This document shows positions 61,060 through 64,000 of a stretch of 64,000 nt of DNA, in pieces (the stretch's first letter is position 1; each line of letters opens with the position of its first letter). Below the pieces are notes generated by a model, which was given only the letters and a program-made list of their open reading frames with translations, did not search any database and was not told the DNA's origin. Position numbers and translations under genes: made by a program. Origin of the DNA: Epiperipatus broadwayi (taxonomy: Eukaryota; Animalia; Onychophora); the NCBI GenBank assembly GCA_028023455.1, contig JAQFVV010000002.1, forward strand, positions 33,108,001-33,172,000. Reading direction: 5' to 3'.

Positions 61060-61345
61060 TTGTAATGATGGTATGTTAGATGTGATAATATGACAGACTA
61101 TTTCCATCATTAAATGTTGAATTTCTAGAAAATTTTCAACTTAATTTAAAATTTTCAAATACAAACAAATGTTAATAATAACATACAAATAAACAATACA
61201 CAAATTACTAAATTACACAACATATCGAATGGTATTCTTCATTCTTCAGGTATTGCTGGTCTGACGAGTGACAATATTAACATACGAGTCATACTCAACA
61301 TTTATTCGTAGATGATGGAAATAGTCTAACATATCACATTTACTT
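61060..61345. mobile_element. Family E repeat, minus copy plus inverted partial copy
   Basis: Minus CTGAAGA ATG..CATTC GATA TGTT GTGT; plus AACATTTA..GATGATGGAAATAGTC. Confidence 0.6.
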
Positions 61346-62399
61346 TCTGTATTTTTTATATTATTCTTCATCACATCTATATTTTATTGTTTTTGTTTGT
61401 ACAATCAGTGTAGTTGGTATTGCTGATCTCATTATGGACACCAGAAAATATGAATGATAGTATGCCTATTAAACTCAGTATATTACAGGATCCCTTTATT
61501 ATTGCTTCTGTTCAATATGGATTATGTTCATGTTGCTGATGTAATGTTTCATCATTCTTCTAAGATTTTGTAATTAAAACATGAAAGTGTATTAATGGAG
61601 TATAAAACTTAGTATCAATTTCATTAGATTAGAAATATATTCAATTATACATAGATATGATACTTCAAATTCTTTTCCTTAATGACCTAGAAATAGGCAA
61701 ATGAATGAATTGAGTTATAATGAAGAAATTAGGAAATTTATTTGATAATTTAGTGTTTTTGCATGAATGAATGGACGATACTAATACAAGAAAAAATCAA
61801 ATGGCAGATGAGAAATGTTTGTTTGACTTCAGGATAATCAACCAAAAATTTTTGAGTCCTGAGAGCTTCAAATTTTCTAAATCACATAGTTAATCAATTT
61901 AGGTGATAAACTGTGGAGATGAAGATGATCACTTTTTGCTTTACTTTATATCAAACAGTCAAAGAGATTAGAAAGAAAAATGTAAGGACATGAATGCTGG
62001 GGTTTTGGATATTGTTATGGTATCAGCAAAAACAAAGTTAATAAGGTAATGTTTGATTGACGATTTATGTTAATGGCACTTTAGTAGTAATTATTTGTTG
62101 GATTATTTCCATCATTTAATATTATTACTGAATAGCTTTAGAAAAAAACAAACTTTTATTTAAACTTTTCAAGTATATCAACTGTTCGTATTTAGCATAC
62201 AGTCTAGTATATAAGACATTTCAAATAGTATTGTTCTCCCTTTTTCAAGTGGGCTGGCCTGAGCAGTGAATAGCATGGGAATTGAATGTAGACCTTTAGG
62301 TTTATGAATATTAAATTTAAAGTAACCCTCAAACCAATTAATCTTTTCTGCCTAAGCGTCTCCTAATTTCTTCACTTTTTCTTAAGAGCAAGGTTAATT

Positions 62400-63690
62400 G
62401 GTGGTTTCCAGACATTAGGTATTGTTGCACTAGGTTGGCTTAAGGAGATTATTTGCCATTATCATGTGAATAGCTTTTTTGAATATCTTATTTGTATTTT
62501 TCCCTCGCTATTCAATATTTTTGTATTTTCCTAATTGAACATACATGGTTTGCTGCTTTATATATATATTCATTTTCTCTTTAGAATCATCAGTTTGTGC
62601 TCTTTCAATTGCTTTTCAGTGGGACAACTTGTCTCACCAATATACATCTTTCCATATTCATATGGTATTTTATAGATGAAATTTTTGTTTTTCAGCATTT
62701 CAAGTTTAGGCTTTGTAGTTTTTGGAAAGCTGTTGTGATGTTATACTGATTGCAGATTTTCCTTAATTTGTCTGCTATTTCTGCTATATATGAATATACT
62801 ATAGTACCAATAATTATTATTTTTTGTATATATTTCTTTTTGTTGTCTGTCTAAGATATTGTTAATGATAGCTGATGGATAATCATTCTTTATGAGAGTA
62901 TGTTTTATGTAAATTTTTTTTTTTTCCAAATCACTGGTTTTTGAATAATTTTTCTTTGTTCTGTTCCATTATTATAGTATAACTCTATGTTCTATATCTG
63001 TTGTGATTGGATGAATATGTTAAGTATTTTCCTACGAGCATAGGTTTTCTGTAAACTAATTTTGATTTTGCCATGAGGGAATCTTGTCACAGTAATATCT
63101 AAGAATGCCAGTTTTTGTTCTTGTTTTGAATCTATTGTGAATTTTAATTGAAGAGGGATTGTTGATGTGTGTCCAGAGCATATGTAAATAGCACTTATCA
63201 TCGACATAGCAAAGCCAAACTTTAAATAAGTCTAGTGTACTCTTTGTGGCTGTTGTTTCAACTTTTTTCCTGTAAATACTGCTAATCAGGAGTGATAAGA
63301 ATGAGCTGATACCTATACTTTGATTTTGTTGGAAGAATTGTTGTATTGAAAGTATATTATGTAGAATGTTATTAGTTCTATTGTGCTATCAACAGAAAGT
63401 GTTGTTTTGGGTTGGAAGCTATTACTATCATTTAATCTTTTCCTTACGATAGATACTACATTTGTGAATAAAGTTTCCACATCAAAACTTATCAATGTGC
63501 CAGTTCTTTCAATTTTTATGTACTTGATTAATTCTATAAAATGCATAGAATCCTTGACAAAGAATCGTGTCTTGTATGCCAAAGAACTAAGAACTTTGAG
63601 AAGAAATCTTGATAAGTTTTGGCAAGGTGAATTTCTAGAACCAACAATAAGTCTCAATAAAAATCTTGTGCCAATTTTTTTTTTAATTAA
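62400..63690 (-). mobile_element. Penelope-like element, RT plus GIY-YIG, frameshifted
   Basis: RLIVGSRNSP, LISFDVETLFTNV, LKFTI..LAFLDITVTR, KNDYP, IYKIPYEYGKMYIGET..KEHK. Confidence 0.92.
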
Positions 63691-63746
63691 AGAGTAAAAA
63701 TAAGGATTTTTGAAATGAATTTAAACATCAGTAGACTCCAAATATA

Positions 63747-63848
63747 GATGATGAAATATGGTTGCAATTACTGGACTACTTGACAGATATATTTCTGATT
63801 TTAAATGAAGTTAATACATCTCTTCAAGGACTTAAAGTATGTATTTAA
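63747..63848 (+). mobile_element. hAT (Charlie/Buster-like) transposase fragment
   Basis: DDEIWLQLLDYLTDIFLILNEVNTSLQG. Confidence 0.8.
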
Positions 63849-64000
63849 CATTAGATATATGAGTTTCATATATATATAGTGTTGTTAGTGTCATACCTGG
63901 CAAGTTTTCTTGTTGAAACAATAGAAATATTAATTGTATCAACAGTGGTAATAAAGCCAGAGTTAGTTTTATGATATCTAAGTATTGAAAATCTAATTTT

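Overview
AT-rich eukaryotic (invertebrate-like) genomic DNA, mostly decayed transposons around one clear gene. The gene is a three-exon sphingolipid delta(4)-desaturase (DEGS1/ifc-like, minus strand, 47147->39705, 325 aa). There is a probable first coding exon of an unknown plus-strand gene at 59919-60346 and a tRNA-Gly(TCC) pseudogene. Repeats include Penelope-like (PLE) RT/GIY-YIG relics, RTE and other LINE fragments, several Gypsy relics, a TA-flanked MITE family and a hAT fragment. Two signals stand out. (1) About 20 type-I hammerhead-ribozyme (HHR) motifs or relics occur in short PLE/retrozyme-like repeats of at least six families, often as inverted pairs. One HHR module carries interchangeable tails, and one HHR sits in a 210-bp insert with a 6-bp TSD. 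(2) A CRISPR-like array in a Gypsy leader (35730-36125) repeats the LTR terminus plus TGG (TTACATTTTTGG) six times, each followed by a different spacer starting with a tRNA-3'-end-like primer-binding sequence. All alignments and folds were done by eye; repeat boundaries are approximate.
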